Shown one piece after another: positions 37,892 through 45,677 of a stretch of DNA of 49,646 nt. The notes beneath the pieces are model-generated. The model saw only the letters and a list, made by a program, of their open reading frames with translations, ran no database searches and was not told the origin of the DNA. Within the stretch, counting starts at the first letter, position 1. The number at the start of each line of letters is the position of its first letter. The translations under genes were made by a program, and so were the position numbers. The stretch comes from a virus (taxonomy: Duplodnaviria > Heunggongvirae > Uroviricota > Caudoviricetes), in the IMG/VR virus record IMGVR_UViG_2740892231_000005; one strand, given 5' to 3'.

Positions 37892-37909
37892 TTAACGAAC
37901 TCCAGTTAA

Positions 37910-38027
37910 ACCACGATATGTGGTATTAAACCCACATATCGTGAGTTTTTCAATGGGCGAAACAAAAAATAACCTTCTATTTGTGGTCCACCTCTCGTCT
38001 TACCATGTGAAAACCACTAAATGTGGT
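37910..38027. promoter_or_regulatory. Immunity operator cluster: palindromes ACCAC-N5-GTGGT at 37910..37924 and 38013..38027, partial sites at 37933..37943 and 37983..37991
   Basis: Seen in sequence between the divergent cro-like and cI-like starts. Confidence 0.65.
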
Positions 38028-38064
38028 AATGTATAAATAACCCACCATTCACGATTGATGAGAC

Positions 38065-38721
38065 ATGAAAAGCAACGACGAGAACATCAAGAAAGAAATA
38101 GGTCTGCGCATTCAGACTCTACGGAAACAATCCGGCATGACTGCCGGAGATCTCCAGCAAGTCACTGGAATAGGCTTAAGCACCTTGCAGAACTATGAGG
38201 CCGGATTAAGACAACCATCTATACCTGCCATCAAGAAAATCGCGCACGCCCTGAAAGCATCAGCGCCTTATATCGCGTGCTTAACAGATAACCCGTTCCC
38301 ACCCCAGAATACTAACGCTCCTGTTATTCCTGGGCTTGTAGCTATAAAAAATGACATAGCATCGCACGCCGGAGAAAAGCCAGTGCTGGCGATAGAACAG
38401 GAGATTCTACGAAGCAAGAACATCAACCCATCGTCTCTGTCAGTTCTCCAGAGCAACGATGAGTTAATGTCACCAACAATATCCCCTGGCTCCCAAGTCC
38501 TGATTAATACAGACGATACAGAGATTCATGAGGGGATCTATGCCCTTGAAGACAGAAATGGCCTGGTTGTTTTGAGGCACTGTAGAGTCATACCGGGTGA
38601 CAATGCTGTTATGCTGTCAACCGAAAGGGATGCTGAAATGAACACTAAGCATCTGAATAATGAGGAATTTAAGCGTTATAAAGTTCTTGGCCGCGTAGTT
38701 AGTGTTGTCAACTGGTTATGA
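38065..38721 (+). CDS. cI: CI-like repressor (N-terminal XRE HTH, C-terminal S24/LexA-like domain)
   Basis: 218 aa; HTH (LRKQSGMTAGDLQQVTGIGLSTLQNYEAG); C-terminal domain with S24-like features. Confidence 0.8.
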   Translation: MKSNDENIKKEIGLRIQTLRKQSGMTAGDLQQVTGIGLSTLQNYEAGLRQPSIPAIKKIAHALKASAPYIACLTDNPFPPQNTNAPVIPGLVAIKNDIASHAGEKPVLAIEQEILRSKNINPSSLSVLQSNDELMSPTISPGSQVLINTDDTEIHEGIYALEDRNGLVVLRHCRVIPGDNAVMLSTERDAEMNTKHLNNEEFKRYKVLGRVVSVVNWL

Positions 38722-38813
38722 TACACAGCACGGCGGAAGCCGTGCATTTCTACGCTCAAAAAAACCACATTTTGTGGTTTTGACAACATGTAAAAGTATA
38801 AAAGAGGCTACGC

Positions 38814-39188
38814 ATGGAATTACATACAGCCAATAAAAACGAAACTCTGATCACTGCTGGAATCGAAATCCAAGCGTTGAACATAGCGATTGAGTGTATG
38901 TTATGCCAAATCATTGATAATGAGAAAGATATCGACTGGATAGAATCTATCCTTCATCTGGCATCAGAACAAAAAATCTGCCTCAAAACGGCCTTACAAT
39001 ACGATGTGCCAGCGGTATCGAAGCTGTGCCAACCATTGATGGCATATAACAGAGCTATTATTTCTGTATGCCTCATGATTCTCGATGAAAACACCCCTCT
39101 TAGCGACCGCTCAGAAGCTGCTCTAACCCTCTCACGTAAACAGCGACAGCTAGCAAATCAACTGATATCAACGATAGCTGACCTCTGA
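38814..39188 (+). CDS. Hypothetical protein co-oriented with and downstream of the repressor gene
   Basis: 124-aa ORF; AT-rich by eye; followed by a hairpin. Confidence 0.5.
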   Translation: MELHTANKNETLITAGIEIQALNIAIECMLCQIIDNEKDIDWIESILHLASEQKICLKTALQYDVPAVSKLCQPLMAYNRAIISVCLMILDENTPLSDRSEAALTLSRKQRQLANQLISTIADL

Positions 39189-39192
39189 CTGC

Positions 39193-39212
39193 AAGCGGGC
39201 TAACGCCCGCTT
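39193..39212 (+). terminator. Hairpin (aagcgggc-taac-gcccgctt) closing the repressor operon
   Basis: 8-bp GC stem; weak U-tract. Confidence 0.45.
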
Positions 39213-39320
39213 ATATGATTATAGATTTATATAATTATATAAAACGCTTTTCATCCGCCAAAAAGTTGGTTATGCTTACCTCGTTCTATAAATATAGATT
39301 TATAGAATTATATAATCAAA
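39213..39320. repeat. AT-rich iteron cluster (tatgattatagatttatataattatataa ... tataaatatagatttatagaattatataat) upstream of parA; candidate centromere or operator
   Basis: Contains exact TATAATTATA (39230..39239) and the repeated unit ATAGATTTATA. Confidence 0.55.
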
Positions 39321-39338
39321 CACATGGAGTCTCGACAA

Positions 39339-39992
39339 ATGACTATCTCTGTAGGTATTTTCAACGGAAAAGGCGGCGTAACCAAATCAACAATTGCCCG
39401 TGCTTTAGCAGTTGCTTATGCAAAGGCTGGCTGGAATGTATGCCTGATCGATATGGATGTGCTTAACGGAACGGTAACGCGTTGGGTACAACGCAGAATG
39501 GCCAACAATATCGAACCAGCAATCGCGGCGCAGCCGTGCGGCACACCATCACAAGTCCAGAAAATCATCGAATCAGAAGTATACGACTTGGTTATCGTCG
39601 ATGGCGGTGCCTACGCATCTGAATCAGTACCGAAGCTCTCTGAATTTCTGGATATGGTTATTTTGCCAACCAGATTCTCTACCGATGACCTGGAAACCAC
39701 CGTTAACACAGCTCACGGCATCGTTAAAAAGGGTGTACCAATCAAGAAAATTTGCATGGTGTTTTCCGGCGCGGCTGAAAACGAAGCTGACTATATTGAA
39801 GCCCAAGAGTACCTGGCTAATACGCCATACTTTGTTGTCGATAAGTACATTCCCCACAAGCCAGCTCTGAGCAAAGCTCAGGATAAGGGCTTAAGCCTCA
39901 TTGAGTGCTCATACGTTGCGCCACGCAAAAAGGCAGACGACGTTATTCAGGGGATTATCAACCAGCTTGAGGCTCTGACTACTGCCGCGTAA
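39339..39992 (+). CDS. parA: ParA-family partition ATPase
   Basis: Deviant Walker A GKGGVTKST; start chosen at the second ATG with GGAG RBS (ORF track gives 39324). Confidence 0.8.
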   Translation: MTISVGIFNGKGGVTKSTIARALAVAYAKAGWNVCLIDMDVLNGTVTRWVQRRMANNIEPAIAAQPCGTPSQVQKIIESEVYDLVIVDGGAYASESVPKLSEFLDMVILPTRFSTDDLETTVNTAHGIVKKGVPIKKICMVFSGAAENEADYIEAQEYLANTPYFVVDKYIPHKPALSKAQDKGLSLIECSYVAPRKKADDVIQGIINQLEALTTAA

Positions 39993-40020
39993 TATATAAT
40001 TATAGTTTTATAGATTTATA
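39985..40020. repeat. Second iteron block (aatatataattatagttttatagatttatataa) between parA and the RHH gene
   Basis: Exact TATAATTATA at 39995..40004. Confidence 0.5.
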
Positions 40021-40035
40021 TAAGAGGGGATGCAC

Positions 40036-40284
40036 ATGGCCGCACCATCAAAACCACCAAAGAAGAACAGCAAAGGCGTACCGCCATCGATCGAACAACC
40101 GCAGGTTTTCGACCCGACTGAAACGCCAACCAGAACCAAATCAGGTGGGGCACAAATGGCGTTTAACGTCGACCCTGAATTTAAACGCGAGTACAAAACG
40201 TTCGCCAGCTCAATGGATATGTCATTGAAAGAAGTGCTGACAAAATCTTTTGAGTTACTCAAGGCTCAATACAACCAGAAGTAA
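40036..40284 (+). CDS. ParG-like ribbon-helix-helix centromere-binding protein (type Ib partition)
   Basis: About 82 aa; disordered basic N-tail then RHH-like C-terminus (MAFNVDPEFKREYKTFASSMDMSLKEVLTKSFELL); directly after parA. Confidence 0.55.
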   Translation: MAAPSKPPKKNSKGVPPSIEQPQVFDPTETPTRTKSGGAQMAFNVDPEFKREYKTFASSMDMSLKEVLTKSFELLKAQYNQK

Positions 40285-40313
40285 GAGAAGGTGACGGCCT
40301 CCAGCGCCAACTG

Positions 40314-40496
40314 TTGGCCGTCGCGACACAACAAGGGGAATTTGTTATGTCCGAGCAACAATATACACGGTTACTGAAAACTCGTCTAACCGACCTCAAA
40401 CGGCTGCAAGCTGGTCGCTTATTTGCCCTGCTATCCACCAGGCCAGAATGGGTACGTGAAGCAGTTCTGAAAGGCTTAATGCGCTCCAGCGTTTAA
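40314..40496 (+). CDS. Hypothetical small protein
   Basis: 60-aa ORF downstream of the partition genes. Confidence 0.3.
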   Translation: MAVATQQGEFVMSEQQYTRLLKTRLTDLKRLQAGRLFALLSTRPEWVREAVLKGLMRSSV

Positions 40497-40506
40497 ATTC
40501 AACCAT

Positions 40507-40528
40507 AAAAAAGGCCCCCGAAGGGGCC
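40507..40528 (-). terminator. Intrinsic terminator hairpin (ggccccc-gaa-ggggcc) with U-run on the minus strand; possibly bidirectional
   Basis: A6 run on the plus strand 40507..40512 immediately 5' of the stem. Confidence 0.55.
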
Positions 40529-40537
40529 TAATCGCTA

Positions 40538-40660
40538 CTTGCTGCTAATGTTTATCGTCACATTCAGAGCGTTATCAGTAATCTTCCAACCCTCCCCATG
40601 TGGCGTAAACAAAGCTCCAGTAACAACGATAAAAATACACATACAGTATTTTTTCATTGT
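40538..40660 (-). CDS. Small ORF (40 aa, MKKYCMCIFIVVTGALFTPHGEGWKITDNALNVTINISSK) with signal-peptide-like N-terminus
   Basis: Hand-translated; AAGGG RBS 6 nt upstream; terminator directly downstream. Confidence 0.3.
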
Positions 40661-41054
40661 ATGGCCCTTACAGGCCGTTTCACGGCATCCCCACCGACGA
40701 AAACAACGCGAGAGCAAGCACGGCTGCTTGTGCTTGCATGTACGGCAACGGAGAATCCTCCCCTAAAGTCGGTGCCCGGGTGCGAATCGGCGGGAAGGTC
40801 CACAGGTATTTTACGATTATTTTAAGATTAGTAATAGGAAAGAAATTAAACGAAAAAACTCGTTTATTTTCACAAAATCAGTAACCTACCCACAATCTGT
40901 GAGTTTGCAGGCACAACAAGAACCACAATTTTTTGAAGCATAATAGTGGACTATTATTACCTTTTGGGTAAAATTAACTTGCTGCTTGTGCTTGCGTGGT
41001 TGTTTATACAACAACGTAATGCTGAAAGGACCGCGAATCCGATCAGCACGAAAG

Positions 41055-41082
41055 AACCGTCCTCAAAAGGACGGTTTTTTTG
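41055..41082 (+). terminator. Intrinsic terminator (aaccgtcct-caaa-aggacggtt followed by T7)
   Basis: Seen in sequence; overlaps the stop codon of the convergent 41063..41635 gene. Confidence 0.6.
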
Positions 41083-41635
41083 TTTCTCCCCCTTCCTTCC
41101 CAAATGATTCAAATGTTAATGAGAGAGAATCATTTGATATGTTCGATTTAGCGCCGTTATCGACCCAATTTCTGTATGCTTCATCACAACAGTACCTTAC
41201 GGCAGTTGGAATAACAGGAGAGCCGCCCAGAAATGAAAATCCCATTGAGCTTATGCTAATTCTTTCGAATGGCCTATTTCTCAATGCTTCAAATCCCTTG
41301 CTGTTGAAGTAACTCAGCATCAGAGGTAAAAGGTTATCCTCGTCTTGACTGATTGTTCCCGGGAAAAAGTAGTAACCATGGCGATTAAATTCGGGAATCA
41401 GTTTTTCTACCAACAACATGAAATTCATTGGGGTAATATTAAGGGCAGAGCAAGCACCAAAAAGAGCATCAACCGTTAATACAGACTGTCCGTTCTCTAT
41501 CTTTGTCCATGCGTTTGGTGTTTTTCCAGCAGCTTGAGCCAGCACTCCTTGATGCACACCTCTTTCTAGCCTAAGTTCTTTTATGATCATTAGGTGGATT
41601 GTTGAAAAACATGAGTTTTTTGACGTTTCAGTCAT
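41063..41635 (-). CDS. XRE-family HTH regulator with about 130-aa C-terminal domain of unknown function
   Basis: Start at MTETSKN; HTH (LRLERGVHQGVLAQAAGKTPNAWTKIENGQ). Confidence 0.55.
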   Translation of the reverse strand: MTETSKNSCFSTIHLMIIKELRLERGVHQGVLAQAAGKTPNAWTKIENGQSVLTVDALFGACSALNITPMNFMLLVEKLIPEFNRHGYYFFPGTISQDEDNLLPLMLSYFNSKGFEALRNRPFERISISSMGFSFLGGSPVIPTAVRYCCDEAYRNWVDNGAKSNISNDSLSLTFESFGKEGGETKKPSF

Positions 41636-41772
41636 TTTTTTATCCCCATATTGAATTTTTTCCTTGTTCCCAACTTTAACAAAACACCACAACTCAGGAT
41701 TGAGTCATTCCCTACAGGAACTATACATTCCCGTCTTTGGTATATCAAGAAAATTAAAAGCTCGGCATTCAA

Positions 41773-41789
41773 ACCCACACTATGTGGTT
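41773..41789. promoter_or_regulatory. Additional CI-type operator (cccac-actat-gtggt) in the divergent region between the XRE gene and the antirepressor operon
   Basis: Same ACCAC-N5-GTGGT palindrome as in the immunity region. Confidence 0.55.
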
Positions 41790-42081
41790 TAGTCTGTTAA
41801 AATCCGCCGTATTGACATGAATGCGTCATTGGTGGACACTTTCCGAGCCGTAGCAAAATCTACGGTCGGGATTGGCGTCCCGATTGCACAATGGCGCATA
41901 CCGCGTTAGCGGTTTTTTTATGCGTAAAGCACTGCTACACCCAAATTATGGTGGGGCGTGCGGGGGCGGAGAAATCCGCGCCGGGTTTGTCATTGTGCCG
42001 GTTACGCCAACCCTGTACGTCTCACCACCATATTGATTGGCGTCATTGGTGGTGATAGTTCCTTTAATCGGAGATATCACA

Positions 42082-42273
42082 ATGACAAACCTACCCCATG
42101 ACTATTACGTCAACCTCGTAAAGATCCTTCTCAAGAAAGCCTCATACGCCGATAAATTCCGCCTGGCTGAAATCATCGAGCGCGAAGCTATGCGCATCGC
42201 CAGCAACGATAACGCTGTTTCTGACGCAAAAATCTCCCTCGTAACCAAAGTTGTTATGGGAGGTGCAAAATGA
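42082..42273 (+). CDS. Small protein upstream of, and translationally coupled to, the antirepressor gene (icd-like position)
   Basis: 63 aa from MTNLPHDYY with GGAGA RBS; its stop overlaps the ant start (ATGA). Confidence 0.45.
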   Translation: MTNLPHDYYVNLVKILLKKASYADKFRLAEIIEREAMRIASNDNAVSDAKISLVTKVVMGGAK

Positions 42274-43421
42274 AAACGCTTCCGACCGTTAACACCCTAC
42301 AGCCTATCCTGCATAATCAGATTCCAGTAATCACAACTGAGCTACTCGCCCGCCTTTATGGAACAGAAGCAATCCGTATACAGCAAAATCACCATGAAAA
42401 TAAAACTCGGTTCATTGAGGGGAAGCACTTCTTTAAAGCTGTTGGTGATGAACTCAAAAATTTGCGACTAGTTTTAAACGAGTCACAAAATGAGGTGCAA
42501 ATTTCCCCCAAAACTCGCTCTCTCATCCTCTGGACAGAACGCGGGGCTGCACGTCACGCCAAAATGCTTGAAACTAACCAAGCGTGGGATGTGTTCGAAC
42601 GGCTGGAAGACTGCTATTTCAACCAGAACGCGCAAACGGCCGCGACCGTAACCGTCTCGCCAAACAATGCTCGTGAGGTTGTCGATACGCTCAACGCCAA
42701 ACCGATGTTTTACATTAAGGTGTGCAACAACGAGCCACTCACAACCTCAGCCGATGTTGCCCAGGCATTCAGCACCACAAACAATTCCATCGTTATGGCC
42801 ATCGATGCGTTACGCATTCCTCGCACAGCTGCGGCACGTCATTTCTTTAAAGAGCAACGACCGCTGGAAGGAAGCGACCGCGAAATAACAATCTATCGCA
42901 TGACAAAAGACGGATTTACCTTGCTCATGGAAAGTATCGACGGTCCAGGCGTGAAAGATATCAAGCTGGCCTACATTGAAGCCTTTAACGCTATCAGCAG
43001 CGTGTTAAAAACACAGTACGAGCGTGATCTGGCTAAACGACTGTACCAGGAAAAAACGATTATCCGCGCGGCAACAGAGCATAATCGGCTATTAACGGAA
43101 CCGAACTACAGGAAGGAACTAATCAAGGAGTTTGACAAGGCAACAGGGAAAACCAAAGCGGCGCTAAATCTGCCAGCAATGACTCAGGAAAATGTGATAT
43201 CAGCCTTACTTCTTGATCTGCTCAGAAACGCCAGAGCACTTATCAGCTTTGACGAAAACCTGAATCCTCAGCTCAAGCTACTACCACCGACAGGCAAAGT
43301 AGTCGACCAAGCTGATCACAACAGCATACTCAGCGTTCTGGATGCAAACCTGCCAGCCAGGACACTACAGGATCTGATAAAAACATGTGCTGATAAGCTG
43401 GCACAGAAAAGCAGACCATAA
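42270..43421 (+). CDS. Antirepressor-like protein (ORF6N/Rha-type N-terminal domains)
   Basis: 383 aa; two N-terminal segments resembling ORF6N/Rha-type antirepressor domains (PVITTELLARLYGTEAIRIQQNHHENKTRFIEGKHFF). Confidence 0.7.
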   Translation: MKTLPTVNTLQPILHNQIPVITTELLARLYGTEAIRIQQNHHENKTRFIEGKHFFKAVGDELKNLRLVLNESQNEVQISPKTRSLILWTERGAARHAKMLETNQAWDVFERLEDCYFNQNAQTAATVTVSPNNAREVVDTLNAKPMFYIKVCNNEPLTTSADVAQAFSTTNNSIVMAIDALRIPRTAAARHFFKEQRPLEGSDREITIYRMTKDGFTLLMESIDGPGVKDIKLAYIEAFNAISSVLKTQYERDLAKRLYQEKTIIRAATEHNRLLTEPNYRKELIKEFDKATGKTKAALNLPAMTQENVISALLLDLLRNARALISFDENLNPQLKLLPPTGKVVDQADHNSILSVLDANLPARTLQDLIKTCADKLAQKSRP

Positions 43422-43425
43422 CTAC

Positions 43426-43455
43426 AAGGGGCTACGGCCCCTTACTCTTTTCTCT
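43426..43455 (+). terminator. Intrinsic terminator after the antirepressor gene
   Basis: aaggggc-tacg-gcccctt followed by a T-rich tract. Confidence 0.6.
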
Positions 43456-44157
43456 CTTATCAACACCAGAGACTTTCTGAAAATCCTTTCGAATAGCGTC
43501 AGCGTCACGCGCCAAGCCCATACTGGAACGTGTCGCCATATGACGAAAATGATCAACTGCCGGAAACAAAGAAATAATGGACCCAATAGCTTGCAGCAAA
43601 CTCGCTTTTCTACGCATCATAATTCCACCATAACCGATAACCACCCTTCAGACACAACCCCCCCTCCCCCCATACAGGGTGCCCTTTACCGGAGTTCCGG
43701 CCCCTTCTCAAAAGCATCAAAAAAAGCTCGAGATAGAGTACCGGAACTCATGCCACCAGATAGCTCCACATCGTTTCCAATGCTTCGCCGCCGTGTGCGC
43801 CCTGTGGCCCACAATCATGCCATTGGTCGTCTGATATACCTTCTTCTGCTCATAGAGCACAGGCGAGTTGTCGCACTCCTGCCTTTCTCAGACTCGACTT
43901 AGTTTAGATCGCTGTTCCTGGCTTGCGTCAGCACACTTTCCCCTTGTACGCATACCCGCGCGCCACTTCGCCCAAAAACACCGAACCCAACGAAGTGGCA
44001 AAGACAACGACGCGAGCGTGAGTCTGAAATGGGCACCAGTAAAAAAGGGGTTGCAGGCGCAAAAAGATTTGATTATCTTTAGACGCAAGAAAGCCGCCCC
44101 AATCAAGAGGTGTCTTTTTAAATCCAGCCTACCAAGCAAGATTTAAATTTCAGACTG

Positions 44158-44185
44158 AAAACCGCCCGGCAAGGCGGTTTTTGTC
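44158..44185. terminator. Bidirectional terminator-like hairpin (aaaccgcc-cggcaa-ggcggttt plus T-run)
   Basis: Seen in sequence; downstream of the minus-strand XRE gene and at the end of an ORF-poor region. Confidence 0.55.
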
Positions 44186-44230
44186 TTTCTGGCGCTTACA
44201 TTACACCACCATAAAACGATCCGTAAAGGA

Positions 44231-44503
44231 TCATTTGATCCCTTGTTCCAATTCTGCCGACACTTTAACCTTTTCCCATACAAGGGTTTGCAGCCTTAAC
44301 AGAATCGCATCTTTATCAAGGTGTGAAAGATCCTTAACCATATCGTCAAACGACAGAACGCGAATGGCCATCTCAATGACCCTCGGCGGCTCCCCCTTCT
44401 CATATCGCTTATATGTAGCCAACGATATCCCAAACTCTTCGGCTGCTCGCTCCTGCGTCCAGTTCATCCCACGACGCCATAATTTCAATTCGTAACCCGT
44501 CAT
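44231..44503 (-). CDS. XRE-family HTH regulator
   Basis: 90 aa; HTH (WTQERAAEEFGISLATYKRYEKG). Confidence 0.7.
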   Translation of the reverse strand: MTGYELKLWRRGMNWTQERAAEEFGISLATYKRYEKGEPPRVIEMAIRVLSFDDMVKDLSHLDKDAILLRLQTLVWEKVKVSAELEQGIK

Positions 44504-44604
44504 TACATCCTCTACCTTTCCCTAGATATTCAATAAATTAGACATAGCCACTCACGACAAAATAAGATGTATTAACAATCCAATCTTTAGGCTTTAGGTA
44601 AAAA

Positions 44605-45030
44605 ATGAGTTCATCTGCTTTTGTCACCGTGGTCACTGGTGTAAGTGTTTTTGTTCTAGGCCAACTCATCGTCAAAGGAGCTATTGAGCCTTACATTTCA
44701 TTCAGGGAACAACTAGGGAAAATATCCAATCTGTTATTATGTAACCAAGCAAAAATAGTGAATCCTGGCTCGAACTTAAAGCCAGAAATCATTCATGATC
44801 TAAAAGATTCCGCAGCACAGTTAATGGCGAAATATTCCACTTTACCTTTCTATATCAAAAAGTTACATATCGGCTTTCGTCTTGTTCCATCAGCCACCGA
44901 GATTCTTGGGGCAGCTCAAAATTTGAACTATATAGCGTCAATACATGAAGGTAAGACTGGGGAGAATCCATCTAAGCATCTCGAAGAGATTGGCCATATG
45001 CTCAAAATACCAACTACCTATTCAAGCTAA
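44605..45030 (+). CDS. Hypothetical protein with N-terminal transmembrane segment; AT-rich gene
   Basis: 141 aa; hydrophobic N-terminus (AFVTVVTGVSVFVLGQLIV); visibly lower GC than its neighbours (by eye). Confidence 0.5.
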   Translation: MSSSAFVTVVTGVSVFVLGQLIVKGAIEPYISFREQLGKISNLLLCNQAKIVNPGSNLKPEIIHDLKDSAAQLMAKYSTLPFYIKKLHIGFRLVPSATEILGAAQNLNYIASIHEGKTGENPSKHLEEIGHMLKIPTTYSS

Positions 45031-45133
45031 CCCAATGTAAGTTATCGGCTTGCCCCACAATAAGTTATCTATCTTCAAACGCCCCCTATATTAACACTCG
45101 CAAAGTGTCAAAATGACACTTTGCGCATTGTGT

Positions 45134-45514
45134 TTACTTAACGAGGAATAAAAATGGTTTATTGTTCGGCGGTGTAATCGGGGCTGGCTCGCTTTTGCTC
45201 ATGCGATCAGTGTACCAGGCCAACTCCTTGTCAAAGTAAGCCTGATTAAAATAGGCCATGAATGTAGTTTCAAATCCATAACGACCGCTAATACGCAGCA
45301 TCTGATTGCCGTTCTCTGTTTCCAGATATACCTGGGCACGTTCCTGATTCTCCTTCAGCCAGGTTAAAGCCTCATCGCATGAGGACACACGATACTCATC
45401 ATCGTAGCAGTCATCGATGCGGCTTGAGGAAGAACGGCAAATCACGCCAACAGAACCAGCCAGGATAGTTTGAATTTTAAGGAAAGCGTTTTTGCGGATT
45501 TTAATCATGCTCAT
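45134..45514 (-). CDS. Hypothetical protein, first gene downstream of promoter cassette copy 3
   Basis: 126-aa ORF with the conserved leader and RBS upstream. Confidence 0.5.
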   Translation of the reverse strand: MSMIKIRKNAFLKIQTILAGSVGVICRSSSSRIDDCYDDEYRVSSCDEALTWLKENQERAQVYLETENGNQMLRISGRYGFETTFMAYFNQAYFDKELAWYTDRMSKSEPAPITPPNNKPFLFLVK

Positions 45515-45630
45515 CGGGTTATCTCCGGTTTAACCAGGGCGGGTATCGCTCGGTTTCGGGTATAACCTTAGGAATTTTTTTCCCACCTGTAAAGCACTTT
45601 TTATATAAATATATAATTATATAATTCTAT
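45515..45630 (-). promoter_or_regulatory. Repeated promoter/operator/leader cassette, copy 3
   Basis: Near-identical to copies 1 and 2; TATAATTATA at 45612..45621. Confidence 0.6.
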
Positions 45631-45635
45631 GAGCA

Positions 45636-45662
45636 CAAAAAAGCCCCTTTGCAACAGGGGCT
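45636..45662 (-). terminator. Intrinsic terminator downstream of the HigBA-like operon
   Basis: Minus strand: agcccct-loop-aggggct followed by a U-run. Confidence 0.6.
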
Positions 45663-45677
45663 TATCATTCGTTCTGA

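Noticed and set aside
43387-44146. Overlapping ORFs (43387..43902 plus, 43868..44146 plus, 43888..44139 minus) called in the ORF track
   Set aside because: Mutually overlapping, low-complexity translations with no RBS; the region is treated as non-coding or decayed.
28449-45621. Possibility that the recurring TATAATTATA-containing repeats form a CRISPR array
   Set aside because: Copies are kilobases apart, irregularly spaced, located in promoters of different operons, and there is no regular repeat-spacer structure or cas gene.
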